From contig JAQVDW010000004.1 of NCBI GenBank assembly GCA_028698185.1, positions 1 to 32,000 of the forward strand: DNA of 32,000 nucleotides, given 5' to 3'. The position numbers and the translations under genes were made by a program. Below the pieces are notes generated by a model that saw only the letters and a list, made by a program, of their open reading frames with translations, made no database searches and was not told the DNA's origin. The stretch comes from Erysipelotrichaceae bacterium (lineage in GTDB: Bacteria; Bacillota_I; Bacilli_A; Erysipelotrichales; Coprobacillaceae). Shown here in pieces: positions 23,262 to 32,000 of the stretch (positions within the stretch are counted from its first letter, which is position 1; the number at the start of each line of letters is the position of its first letter).

Positions 23262-23290
23262 TTCAAACTTGCTTTTATATATGATATAAT
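23262..23290 (+). promoter_or_regulatory. putative promoter for the CapA-like gene (TTCAAA-17-TGaTATAAT)
   Basis: TTCAAA at 23262-23267, a 17-nt spacer ending in TGA, then TATAAT at 23285-23290. Confidence 0.45.
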
Positions 23291-23311
23291 CAAACAAAAG
23301 AGGGCGATACT

Positions 23312-24394
23312 ATGAAAAAGAGAATAATATTTGTTTTAAGTTTGCTTGTGGTTTTTTTAGGATTATTCGCGATTTATCTGACTTTCAACCCGGATTTGGA
23401 CCGTGGGGAATCGGCTGAGGTGGAAACGGCCGGCGGGACCGGGCAGCAACCAGAGCAGCAACCGGTTGAGGAGAAACCGGAGATTGCCAACACCACGCTT
23501 AGACTGTCGTTTGCCGGGGATGTGACCATGGGCAATTATGCCGGCAGCTATTATGCGGGCACCTTCGATGAGATGGCGGCCAGCCAAAGTGACGATTACT
23601 TCCTTAATAATGTAAAGGATGTTTTTGCATCCGATGATCTTACCATCGTCAACCTCGAAGGACCGCTAACCGACGCTTCGAGCCATCTTGACAAGAAGTT
23701 CGCCTTCAAGGGCGACCCAAGCTATGTCAACATATTGAAACTTGGCAATGTCGATCTTGTATCTTACGCGAACAACCATTCCGAGGACTATTATCAACAA
23801 GGCCTCGACGACACGAAGGCGGCGCTTGATGGGGCAAATATCGGCTATTTTGGCTACGAGACTGCGGCCATCAGGGAAGTCAAAGGGATAAAGATCGGCT
23901 TTCTTGGCTACCGGTCGCTGTCTCTTTCGATGAACACGGCTGAAAAACGGCCCATAATCCAGGCGGCCATTACCGACCTGAAAGAAAATCAGGGTTGCAA
24001 TCTGGTTGTTGTGTACTATCACTGGGGCATTGAAAGCAACTATGACTACAACTCCGACCAGCAGACGCTGGCCCACTTCACAGTCGATGCCGGGGCGGAT
24101 TTAGTCATCGGATCGCATCCCCATGTGCTCCAAGGTACCGAGGTGTACAATGGCAAGCTGATCGCCTATTCGCTTGGCAACTTCTGCTTCGGGGGCAACA
24201 AGAATCCTTCTGACCAGGACACCATGATCTATCAGGTGAATCTCGACTTCGAAAATGGTAGCCTTACCAATATGACCGACACGATCATTCCTTGCACGAT
24301 ATCCTCGTCATCGAGTCGCAACAACTACCAGCCGACTCTTGCAACCGGAGCGAAAAAGGACGCAATCATCGCCAAAATAAAGGCCCATTCGTAG
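23312..24394 (+). CDS. CapA-family protein (poly-gamma-glutamate/capsule-synthesis-like metallophosphatase), membrane-anchored
   Basis: It has an N-terminal TM segment (IIFVLSLLVVFLGLFAIYL). Motifs LSFAGDVTMG, NLEGPLT, ANNHSEDY, YYHWGIE and GSHPHVLQG match the CapA/PGA_cap pattern. Confidence 0.8.
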   Translation: MKKRIIFVLSLLVVFLGLFAIYLTFNPDLDRGESAEVETAGGTGQQPEQQPVEEKPEIANTTLRLSFAGDVTMGNYAGSYYAGTFDEMAASQSDDYFLNNVKDVFASDDLTIVNLEGPLTDASSHLDKKFAFKGDPSYVNILKLGNVDLVSYANNHSEDYYQQGLDDTKAALDGANIGYFGYETAAIREVKGIKIGFLGYRSLSLSMNTAEKRPIIQAAITDLKENQGCNLVVVYYHWGIESNYDYNSDQQTLAHFTVDAGADLVIGSHPHVLQGTEVYNGKLIAYSLGNFCFGGNKNPSDQDTMIYQVNLDFENGSLTNMTDTIIPCTISSSSSRNNYQPTLATGAKKDAIIAKIKAHS

Positions 24395-24417
24395 TCTGAA
24401 ATTACCTAAAAAAATTG

Positions 24418-24446
24418 TTGGAAAAACAATACAACTGTGTTAATAT
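24418..24446 (+). promoter_or_regulatory. putative promoter of the riboswitch-fhs-pur transcript (TTGGAA-17-TAATAT with upstream TG)
   Basis: TTGGAA at 24418-24423, a 17-nt spacer ending in TGT, then TAATAT at 24441-24446. Confidence 0.45.
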
Positions 24447-24453
24447 GTCCTTA

Positions 24454-24522
24454 GTTATACGACTGACGGAAGTGGAATTGACCACATGAAGTATAATCTT
24501 GAGAGCCGACCGTCTGGGCACC
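24454..24522 (+). promoter_or_regulatory. candidate ZTP (pfl-motif) riboswitch aptamer
   Basis: P1 pairs GTTATAC (24454-24460) with GTATAAT (24491-24497). The junction is GACTGACGGAA. P2 pairs GTGG (24472-24475) with CCAC (24482-24485). The 3' subdomain is GCCGACCGTCTGGGCA (24505-24520), against the remembered consensus ..CCGCCUGGGCA. The pseudoknot pairs GACGG (24465-24469) with CCGTC (24510-24514). The genomic context (fhs, purH, purN) is typical for ZTP riboswitches. Confidence 0.65.
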
Positions 24523-24556
24523 TGCCTGGATTTGTTGAGCTCTTTTTTTGTTTTTT
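24499..24556 (+). terminator. probable riboswitch expression platform (terminator overlapping the 3' aptamer strand)
   Basis: An inner hairpin pairs TCTGGG (24513-24518) with CCTGGA (24525-24530). An outer helix pairs GAGAGC (24501-24506) with GCTCTT (24539-24544). These are followed by TTTTTTTGTTTTTT. The exact fold is uncertain. Confidence 0.45.
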
Positions 24557-24631
24557 GACTCATGATGTGACAAATTATTGAGTCTTGCTCGCAAAAATGA
24601 TATTCTAGTGGTAGGTGATTAAGAGGAAAGG

Positions 24632-26308
24632 ATGAATGAAATGTTAAGCGATGTAGAGATTGCACAAAGCACAAAAATGGATCCAATCAAGGACATTGGA
24701 GCCACTGTAGGATTGGCTGAAGACGATCTGGAACTGTATGGAAAATACAAGGCCAAGATCTCTTTGGAGGCGATTGAAAAACTTACTGACAAGCCTGATG
24801 GCAAACTGGTACTGGTGACGGCGATCAACCCGACTCCAGCCGGTGAAGGGAAAACCACAACGATGATCGGTCTGGCCCAAGGATTGAACCAGATCGGGCA
24901 AAAGGCGATTGTCGCGATGCGCGAACCGTCACTTGGTCCATGTTTTGGAATCAAGGGTGGGGCTGCTGGAGGCGGTTATGCCCAAGTTGTCCCGATGGAA
25001 GACATTAACTTACATTTTACCGGTGATATCCATGCGATTTCAACGGCCAACAACCTGATCGCAGCGATGCTTGACAACTCGATCCATCAGGGGAATCCTC
25101 TGAATATCGATGTCCGCCGCATTGTCTGGAAACGGGTGGTCGATCTCAACGACCGCGCCTTGCGCAATATCGTGATCGGACTTGGAGGCGTGCTTCAAGG
25201 TGTACCCCGTGAAGACGGATTCGACATTGCCGTAGCCAGCGAAGTCATGGCGGTATTGTGTCTGGCGACTTCGATGAACGATTTGAAAGAACGTCTGGGA
25301 AAAATGATTGTTGCATACGATTTCAACAAGGAGCCCGTTACCGTGGCCGACCTTAAAGCGACCGGGGCGGTTACGCTTCTTCTAAAGGATGCTTTCAAAC
25401 CGAACCTGGTGCAGACTCTCGACCATTATCCGGTGTTGGTTCATGGTGGTCCGTTTGCGAACATCGCCCATGGCTGCAATTCGATGATCGCAACCAAACT
25501 GGCGCTAAAACTTGGTGATATCGCGATCACTGAAGCGGGATTCGGTGCCGATCTGGGAGCCGAAAAATTCCTCGACATCAAATGCCGTCAGGGAGACTTG
25601 AAACCGGACATGGCCGTGGTCGTGGCGACGATCCGTGCGCTCAAGATGCACGGTGGTGTTGTTAAAGCCGACCTGGCAGGTGAGAACCTCGATGCATTGC
25701 AGGCGGGATTTGCCAACCTGGAAAAACATCTGGAAAACATGAACAAATTCGGATTGCCGGCTGTTGTGGCAATCAACGTATTCCCGACCGACACCCAAGG
25801 GGAAATCGACCTTCTTGAAGCGATGTGCAAAAAAATCGGAGTTGAAGTTTCACTTTCAACCGTATTTGCCAACGGCGGAGATGGAGCCATCGATCTGGCC
25901 AACAAGGTTGTGGCGACCCTGGCAAAACCAAGCAACTACGCGCCGATCTACAAGCTTGAAGACACGATTGAAGCCAAACTGGAAACAATCGCCAAGGAAG
26001 TATACGGGGCTAGCGGTGTCATCCTGAGCCCGAAGGTCAAGACCAAAATCCGTCAGTTCAACGCCCAAGGCCTGAATGAACTGGCAATCTGCATGGCCAA
26101 GACCCAATATTCATTGAGCGATGATCCAGGGAAACTGGGCCGCCCGGAAAATTTCGAGATCACGATTTCGGATCTGATTCCAGCAGCGGGAGCGGGATTC
26201 CTGGTAGCCATCTCCGGTTCGATCATGAGAATGCCAGGCCTGCCAAAAACGCCGGCGGCAGTCAATATGGATATCGACGACAGCGGCAAGATCACCGGAT
26301 TGTTCTAA
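24632..26308 (+). CDS. fhs: formate--tetrahydrofolate ligase
   Basis: 558 aa, with SDVEIAQ near the N-terminus, the P-loop [10 protein letters not shown] and the C-terminus MPGLPK.PAA..IDID..G.I.GLF. The start could be 24632 or 24641. Confidence 0.95.
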   Translation: MNEMLSDVEIAQSTKMDPIKDIGATVGLAEDDLELYGKYKAKISLEAIEKLTDKPDGKLVLVTAINPTPAGEGKTTTMIGLAQGLNQIGQKAIVAMREPSLGPCFGIKGGAAGGGYAQVVPMEDINLHFTGDIHAISTANNLIAAMLDNSIHQGNPLNIDVRRIVWKRVVDLNDRALRNIVIGLGGVLQGVPREDGFDIAVASEVMAVLCLATSMNDLKERLGKMIVAYDFNKEPVTVADLKATGAVTLLLKDAFKPNLVQTLDHYPVLVHGGPFANIAHGCNSMIATKLALKLGDIAITEAGFGADLGAEKFLDIKCRQGDLKPDMAVVVATIRALKMHGGVVKADLAGENLDALQAGFANLEKHLENMNKFGLPAVVAINVFPTDTQGEIDLLEAMCKKIGVEVSLSTVFANGGDGAIDLANKVVATLAKPSNYAPIYKLEDTIEAKLETIAKEVYGASGVILSPKVKTKIRQFNAQGLNELAICMAKTQYSLSDDPGKLGRPENFEITISDLIPAAGAGFLVAISGSIMRMPGLPKTPAAVNMDIDDSGKITGLF

Positions 26309-26350
26309 AATAATACTAATAAACTTTAAGACAAGGAAAAGGAAAATAAT

Positions 26351-27058
26351 ATGTCAGAATTGTTATACGAAGGAAAAGCAAAACAAGTTTATTCAACAGA
26401 CGATAAGGAAGTTTACCTGATTCACTTCAAAGATGATGCGACTGCAGGTAACGGAGCGAAACATGACGTTTTCGCAAACAAGGGAGTATTGAACAACACG
26501 ATTTCGACAATCATCTATGGCATGCTTGAAGAAAACGGAATCAAAACCCACCTGATTTCAAAAGTGAACGACCGCGACATCCTGGTTAAGAAAGTGGAGA
26601 TCCTGCCATTGGAAGTTATCGTCCGCAACGTTTTGGCTGGATCAATCTGTGCTAGACTCGGACTTGAAGAAGGCCGCGTTCTTGAAGAACCGATCTTCGA
26701 ATTGTGCTGGAAAAACGACGAATACCATGATCCGATGATCAATGAAGACCATGCGGTATTGGCGCTGAATGCGGCTACCCGCGAAGAAGTTGCCTACCTT
26801 AAAGACCAAACCCTGAAAATCAACGAATTGCTTAAGAAATTCTTCCTGGAAATCGGCCTTAAACTGGTCGACTTCAAGATCGAGTTCGGTAAAACAAGCG
26901 ACGGGCAAATCATCCTCGCTGATGAAATCTCACCGGACACTTGCCGTCTGTGGGATGTCAAAACCAATGCGAAGTTTGACAAAGATGTCTTCAGAAGAGA
27001 CATGGGTAACTTGATTGACACATATAATGAAGTATTGAACAGATTGAATAGGAGATAA
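26351..27058 (+). CDS. purC: phosphoribosylaminoimidazole-succinocarboxamide (SAICAR) synthase
   Basis: LLYEGKAKQVY...DDATAGNG...LEVIVRN...ILADEISPDTCRLWD over 235 aa. Confidence 0.95.
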   Translation: MSELLYEGKAKQVYSTDDKEVYLIHFKDDATAGNGAKHDVFANKGVLNNTISTIIYGMLEENGIKTHLISKVNDRDILVKKVEILPLEVIVRNVLAGSICARLGLEEGRVLEEPIFELCWKNDEYHDPMINEDHAVLALNAATREEVAYLKDQTLKINELLKKFFLEIGLKLVDFKIEFGKTSDGQIILADEISPDTCRLWDVKTNAKFDKDVFRRDMGNLIDTYNEVLNRLNRR

Positions 27059-27060
27059 CA

Positions 27061-28092
27061 ATGTCACAAAAATATCGCGAAGCCGGTGTGGATCTAGAAG
27101 CCGGATATGAATCAGTAAGATTAATCAAATCACATGTAGCACGTACTAAAATCGCCGGAGCGGTTGACTCGATTGGCGCTTTTGGGGGAATGTTCGACCT
27201 TAGCGTATTGAAAATGGAAGAACCGGTCCTGGTTTCGGGAACTGACGGTGTCGGGACGAAATTGATGGTCGCATTCGACATGGACAAACATGATACTATC
27301 GGAATCGATGCGGTGGCGATGTGTGTCAACGATGTTTTGGTTCAAGGGGCGATGCCGATCTTCTTCCTTGACTACCTGGCAGTCGGGAAAAACGTGCCAA
27401 CCAAAATCGAACAGCTGGTAAAAGGTGTCTCTGACGGTTGCGTCCTTTCGGAGTGTGCCCTGATCGGTGGAGAAACTGCCGAAATGCCTGACATGTACAG
27501 CGAAAACCATTACGATATCGCCGGATTCTGCGTCGGTGCCGTTGACAAGAAAAACCTTCTTGATGGTTCGACAATCGCGGCCAATCAGGTTTTGATCGGA
27601 TTGCCTTCAAGCGGTTGCCATTCAAACGGATACTCATTGATCCGCAAAGTCCTGCTTAAAGACGGTGGACTTGACCTAAACGAATATTATGAAGACTTCA
27701 AAAAGACTTTGGGTGAGGAATTGCTTACTCCAACCAAAATCTACGTCAAAGCGATCAAGCACCTCCTGACTAACGGAATCAGGATCAAAGGGATGAGCCA
27801 CATCACCGGTGGCGGTTTCTACGAAAATCTTCCAAGAATGCTCAAAGACGATCTTGGTGTGGAAATCGATGTCAACACTTTCCCTACTCCTAAGATCTTC
27901 GAATTGATCTCAAAAATCGGAAATATCGACAACAAGGAAATGTACAATGTCTTCAACATGGGGATGGGATTTGTCATGGCTGTTGAAAGCGAAGACGTTG
28001 AAAAGGTGCTGGAAATGTTGGCATCAATCGATGAAAAGGCTTATGTGATCGGTAAAGTTACCAACACACCGGGAGTCGCTCTTAAATGGTAA
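27061..28092 (+). CDS. purM: phosphoribosylformylglycinamidine cyclo-ligase (AIR synthase)
   Basis: YREAGVDLEAG...SGTDGVGTKL...GGETAEMP...SSGCHSNGYSL over 343 aa. Confidence 0.95.
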   Translation: MSQKYREAGVDLEAGYESVRLIKSHVARTKIAGAVDSIGAFGGMFDLSVLKMEEPVLVSGTDGVGTKLMVAFDMDKHDTIGIDAVAMCVNDVLVQGAMPIFFLDYLAVGKNVPTKIEQLVKGVSDGCVLSECALIGGETAEMPDMYSENHYDIAGFCVGAVDKKNLLDGSTIAANQVLIGLPSSGCHSNGYSLIRKVLLKDGGLDLNEYYEDFKKTLGEELLTPTKIYVKAIKHLLTNGIRIKGMSHITGGGFYENLPRMLKDDLGVEIDVNTFPTPKIFELISKIGNIDNKEMYNVFNMGMGFVMAVESEDVEKVLEMLASIDEKAYVIGKVTNTPGVALKW

Positions 28093-28679
28093 ACATCGCT
28101 GTGCTTGTCAGCGGTTCGGGAAGCAATCTCCAATCGCTGATCGACCATCAGAAGACCCATGATTTCGATGGTGAAATCAAGCTGGTCGTCGCCAACAAGA
28201 AAAGCGCCTATGGTCTGGTGCGGGCGGCTGAAAACAACATCGCCAACTACTATGTCCGCAACGATGACCATCGGCTCCTTGAGCTATTGAAAGAGTACAA
28301 GATCGACCTGGTCGTGTTGGCTGGCTATCTGTCGGTCATTTCCGACGAGGTGCTCGAAGAATATGAGAACAAGATGATCAACATCCACCCGTCACTGATT
28401 CCCTCATTTTGCGGGCCGGGATTCTATGGCCATCATGTCCATGATGCGGCATATGCCCGCGGGGTCCATTATTCGGGGGCTACTGTCCATTTCGTTTCAA
28501 AAGTTGTTGACGGCGGGCCGATAATCATGCAGGAAGTTGTCAGTGTCAAGGATGTCAAGAATGCCGATGAGATCGGGGAACGGGTGTTGAAAGTCGAACA
28601 CGCGATTCTCCCTAAGGCAGTTGAATTGTATTGTGATAATAAATTGGAAGTCAAAGAAGGAAGGGTAATAATCAAATGA
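28086..28679 (+). CDS. purN: phosphoribosylglycinamide formyltransferase
   Basis: IAVLVSGSGSNLQ...VLAGYL...NIHPSLIPSF.G...GATVHFV over 197 aa. It overlaps the purM stop by 7 nt. Confidence 0.92.
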   Translation: MVNIAVLVSGSGSNLQSLIDHQKTHDFDGEIKLVVANKKSAYGLVRAAENNIANYYVRNDDHRLLELLKEYKIDLVVLAGYLSVISDEVLEEYENKMINIHPSLIPSFCGPGFYGHHVHDAAYARGVHYSGATVHFVSKVVDGGPIIMQEVVSVKDVKNADEIGERVLKVEHAILPKAVELYCDNKLEVKEGRVIIK

Positions 28680-30202
28680 AAAAACGCGCATTGGTAAGTG
28701 TAACCGATAAAACAGGTGTAGTCGAATTTTGCCAGGAACTGGTGAATCTGGATTTCGAAATTGTTTCGACTGGCGGAACAATGACCAAATTGAAAGAAGC
28801 AAACATTCCTTGTATTGCCATCGATGATGTGACCGGATTCCCGGAAATTCTTGATGGCCGCGTAAAGACGCTTCATCCAAACGTCCATGGCGGATTGCTG
28901 TACCGTCGCGACCTACAAGAACATGTTGATACCGTGGCTAAGATGAACATCGCGCCAATCGATTTGGTTTGCGTCAACCTTTACGAATTCGAAAAAGCAT
29001 TGAAAAACAACGCTCCGATTGAACACATGATCGAAAACATCGATATCGGTGGTCCTTCGATGATCCGTTCGGCAGCTAAAAACTACCAGGATGTATTGGT
29101 TGTCACTGATGTACGTGATTACCCAACTGTAATCGAAAAATTGAAAACCGGAACAGTGGATCTTGCTTACCGTCAAGTTTTGGCGGGAAAAGCTTTCTCT
29201 TTGACTGGTTCTTACGATGCCGTGATCTCACGTTATTTCAACAAGATCAACAATGATGAAATGCCTGAAATCCTGAACATCGCCCTGAAAAAAGACGAAG
29301 AGCTGCGTTACGGGGAAAACTCACACCAACGGGCCAACCGTTATCATGACACTTTCGTCCAAAATTCATTGCTGGACTACGAACAACTTCACGGCAAGGC
29401 AATCTCATTCAACAATGTCAACGACCTTTATGGCGGAGTGGCATTGGTGCGCGAGTTCAAGGATGAAATCGTGACTGTTGCCATCAAGCACTCGACACCT
29501 TGTGGCGTGGCTGTGGGTACAAGCGGATACGATTCTTACATGAAAGCCTATGAAGCCGATCCGACTTCAATCTTCGGGGGAATCGTGGCGGTCAACTACA
29601 AAGTCGATAAAGCTACAGCTGAAAAAATGAATGAAATCTTCCTGGAAATCGTGGCGGCGCCTGATTATGACCAAGACGCTCTGGAAGTTTTGAAGAAGAA
29701 GAAAAACCTGCGCATCCTCAAACTTAAGGATGTATACTGCCAGGAAGCTCTTTATGACATCAAATATCTTGAAGGACAAGTGCTGGTTCAAGACCTGAAC
29801 AAGAAAATGATCGAAGAGCTTAAAACTGTGACCAAAGCTCAACCTTCAGCTCAACAGCTCGCGGATATGGAATTCGGAATGAAAGTTGTCAAATACGTCA
29901 AATCGAACGCCATCTGCATCGTGAAAAACGGGGTAACCCTGGCTATCGGCGGCGGTCAGACATCAAGAATCTGGGCATTGCAAAACGCAATCATCAACAA
30001 CAAGGACAAAGACCTTAGCGATTCAATCCTGGCATCCGATGCCTTCTTCCCTTTTAGCGACTCTGTTGACGCGGCTTACAAGGCAGGGGTACGCGCAGTC
30101 GTGCAACCAGGCGGTTCAATCAAGGACCAGGATACCATTGATTACTGTGATGAAGTGAAAATTCCAATGTGCTTTACTGGAATCCGTCATTTCAGACACT
30201 AG
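28676..30202 (+). CDS. purH: bifunctional AICAR transformylase / IMP cyclohydrolase
   Basis: KRALVSVTDKTG...STGGT...GRVKTLHP.VHGG...YGEN.HQ...FTGIRHFRH over 508 aa. ATGA overlap with purN. Confidence 0.95.
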   Translation: MKKRALVSVTDKTGVVEFCQELVNLDFEIVSTGGTMTKLKEANIPCIAIDDVTGFPEILDGRVKTLHPNVHGGLLYRRDLQEHVDTVAKMNIAPIDLVCVNLYEFEKALKNNAPIEHMIENIDIGGPSMIRSAAKNYQDVLVVTDVRDYPTVIEKLKTGTVDLAYRQVLAGKAFSLTGSYDAVISRYFNKINNDEMPEILNIALKKDEELRYGENSHQRANRYHDTFVQNSLLDYEQLHGKAISFNNVNDLYGGVALVREFKDEIVTVAIKHSTPCGVAVGTSGYDSYMKAYEADPTSIFGGIVAVNYKVDKATAEKMNEIFLEIVAAPDYDQDALEVLKKKKNLRILKLKDVYCQEALYDIKYLEGQVLVQDLNKKMIEELKTVTKAQPSAQQLADMEFGMKVVKYVKSNAICIVKNGVTLAIGGGQTSRIWALQNAIINNKDKDLSDSILASDAFFPFSDSVDAAYKAGVRAVVQPGGSIKDQDTIDYCDEVKIPMCFTGIRHFRH

Positions 30203-30210
30203 GAGGCCAA

Positions 30211-31458
30211 ATGAAAGTACTAGTAGTCGGAAGCGGTGGCCGTGAACATGCCATCTGTTACAAACTGAACCAATCAGCTGATGTTGAAAAAATATATGCG
30301 ATCCCGGGAAATCCGGGAATCGCCCAGCTTGCCACTTGCGTGGCTGGAAGCGTCGAAGATATCGATGCGATCGTTTCCTTTGTCAAGGAGAACGCGATCG
30401 ACCTGACTGTCGTGGGACCGGAAGTGCCTTTGTGCCTGGGTCTTGTCGATGCGATCGAAGATGCCGGTTATCTGGCATTCGGTCCTAAAAAAGCGGCAGC
30501 AGCCCTTGAAGGATCAAAAGCCTTCTCGAAAGATTTCATGGTGCGCCATGGCATCAAGACAGCCAAATATGTGGAAGTCGACACAATCGAGGAAGCCAAG
30601 GCAGCTTTGGCTGGCTTCTGTTATCCGGTGGTGATCAAAGCCGACGGTTTGGCAGCTGGCAAAGGCGTTATCATCTGCGAAGATGAAAAAATGGCAAACG
30701 AAGCCCTTGAGGACCTTATGGTAACCAAGACATTGTCGGACGCCGGAGACAAGGTGGTAATCGAAGAGTTCCTGAAAGGATTCGAATGTTCATTGCTTTG
30801 CTTTGTCGACAACGACACTATCCTGCCGATGGTTTCGGTCAAAGACCACAAACAGATCGGTGAGGGCAATACCGGTCTTAATACCGGAGGGATGGGAACT
30901 GTCAGCCCGAATCCGTTCCTGCCTGCTGCCATCGAAGCCCGCTTCGAACAGGAGATTCTCGACAAATTCATGGCGGGAATCAAGGCCGACAATCTTGACT
31001 ACCGCGGAATCGTCTTTATCGGCCTGATGATTGATGGAGAAGAGATCAACGTATTGGAATTCAATGTCCGTTTCGGAGATCCGGAAACCCAATCGATTTT
31101 GTTACGTCTTGAATCTGATCTGGCCCAAGTGATGAAAGCCTGTGCGACCAACACTCTTGCCACACAGAAACTCGTTTGGAGCGACAAGACAGCGGTGACC
31201 CTGGTTCTTTCAGCACCGGGATATCCAGGAAACTATCCAAAAGGATCGAAGATTTCCAACCTTGACCAATGCGAATGCGTTGTTTTCCATGCCGGAACCA
31301 AGGAAGTTGACGGGGATATTGTGACCAATGGAGGCCGGGTGTTGAATATCTGCGCTTTAGGTGATGACCTCGAAGATGCCCGGGCTAAAGTATACAAAGA
31401 TGCTCAGGTGATTCATTTTGATGGAATGTACTATCGTAAGGATATTGGCTTAATTTAG
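30211..31458 (+). CDS. purD: phosphoribosylamine--glycine ligase (GAR synthetase)
   Basis: The ORF track frame is 30169..31458. ATG 30211 (MKVLVVGSGGREHA) follows AGGAGG by 5 nt. It has an ATP-grasp core (VVIKADGLAAGKGV...EFNVRFGDPE). Confidence 0.93.
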   Translation: MKVLVVGSGGREHAICYKLNQSADVEKIYAIPGNPGIAQLATCVAGSVEDIDAIVSFVKENAIDLTVVGPEVPLCLGLVDAIEDAGYLAFGPKKAAAALEGSKAFSKDFMVRHGIKTAKYVEVDTIEEAKAALAGFCYPVVIKADGLAAGKGVIICEDEKMANEALEDLMVTKTLSDAGDKVVIEEFLKGFECSLLCFVDNDTILPMVSVKDHKQIGEGNTGLNTGGMGTVSPNPFLPAAIEARFEQEILDKFMAGIKADNLDYRGIVFIGLMIDGEEINVLEFNVRFGDPETQSILLRLESDLAQVMKACATNTLATQKLVWSDKTAVTLVLSAPGYPGNYPKGSKISNLDQCECVVFHAGTKEVDGDIVTNGGRVLNICALGDDLEDARAKVYKDAQVIHFDGMYYRKDIGLI

Positions 31459-31467
31459 GAGGGTAAT

Positions 31468-32000
31468 ATGAGCGTCAATCGAATTTATGTTGAGAAAAAA
31501 CCGGGTTTTCGATCTCAGGCCAACAGCTTGAAAGAAGACCTGAATGAACAGTTAAAATTGAATATTAAAGATCTTAGAATCGTCAATTGTTATGACGTTA
31601 CCGGAGTGGATGAAGCCGTTCTTGAAGAAGGGTTGAAAACAATCCTGTCGGAACCGATGGTTGATGACACTTACCAGGAAACATTCCCGATCAAGGCCAA
31701 TGAGCTTGTTTTCGGGGTTGAACCGCTGCCAGGTCAATATGACCAACGTGCCGATTCATGCAAGCAGTGTTTTCAGATTTTGACCGGGGAAGACAAGGTC
31801 AATGTCAAAACAGCTATTTTCTACTGTGCGGAATTGGAAACTGCCAACGACAACGCATTGGAAAGCATGAAAAAATACATCATCAATCCGGTTGATTCAC
31901 GGGAATGCACGACTGAAAAACCGGCTTCTTTGGAAATGGAAGAAGTAGTGGTTGAGGATGTTCCAGTTTTCACTGGCTTCAATGAATTGGATGACGCCGG
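31468..32000 (+). CDS. purL: phosphoribosylformylglycinamidine synthase, single-chain (large PurL) type; N-terminal 177 codons, continues past window end
   Basis: Hand translation from ATG 31468 (AGGAGGG SD) gives MSVNRIYVEKKPGFRSQANSLKEDLNEQL...IVNCYDVTGVDEAVLEEGLKTILSEPMVDD...FGVEPLPGQYDQRADSCKQCFQILTG. This matches the N-terminal domain of clostridial-type FGAM synthase. The frame is open to the window end. Confidence 0.85.
   Translation, partial: MSVNRIYVEKKPGFRSQANSLKEDLNEQLKLNIKDLRIVNCYDVTGVDEAVLEEGLKTILSEPMVDDTYQETFPIKANELVFGVEPLPGQYDQRADSCKQCFQILTGEDKVNVKTAIFYCAELETANDNALESMKKYIINPVDSRECTTEKPASLEMEEVVVEDVPVFTGFNELDDA

Noticed and set aside
24557-24612. Possible second promoter (TTGAGT-17-TGaTATTCT) between the riboswitch terminator and fhs, which would bypass riboswitch control.
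   Set aside because: The hexamers are weak and the AT-rich context produces such matches by chance. It cannot be judged without TSS data.

Overview
The window looks like a chromosomal segment from a mid-GC Gram-positive (Bacillota-like) genome. Supporting signs are AGGAGG-type Shine-Dalgarno (SD) sites, a type-2 GalT, an ECF metal transporter and a riboswitch-led pur operon. Gene order from left to right:

- galT (partial), divergent from galE-galR, with a thrice-repeated palindrome in the shared promoter region.
- An AraC-family regulator, then about 1 kb of gene-poor, apparently decayed sequence, then an orphan PTS EIIB gene.
- padR divergent from an MFS transporter plus a 2-enoate-reductase-like flavoenzyme, with an ATGT-N8-ACAT operator on the promoter.
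- A stand-alone GH32 hydrolase.
- A visibly GC-richer cbiM(PDGLE-fused)-cbiQ-cbiO transporter.
- A six-gene minus-strand operon of small, poorly characterised enzymes (cyclophilin-like x2, CMD, cupin x2, AKR), with a divergent TetR gene and a second AKR.
- An AT-rich islet carrying a decayed VbhA/Fic toxin-antitoxin module and a lipoprotein gene.
- A tightly coupled IscU-like plus GGGtGRT gene pair of unknown function. It has a consensus promoter and codon usage unlike its neighbours.
- A CapA-like gene.
- A candidate ZTP (pfl) riboswitch leading fhs-purC-purM-purN-purH-purD-purL (partial).

I found no rRNA, tRNA, CRISPR array or intact mobile element. The best candidates for undescribed biology are the IscU-like/GGGtGRT pair and the cyclophilin-like/CMD/cupin/AKR operon. 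All calls come from reading the sequence by eye and from motif memory; no searches were run.
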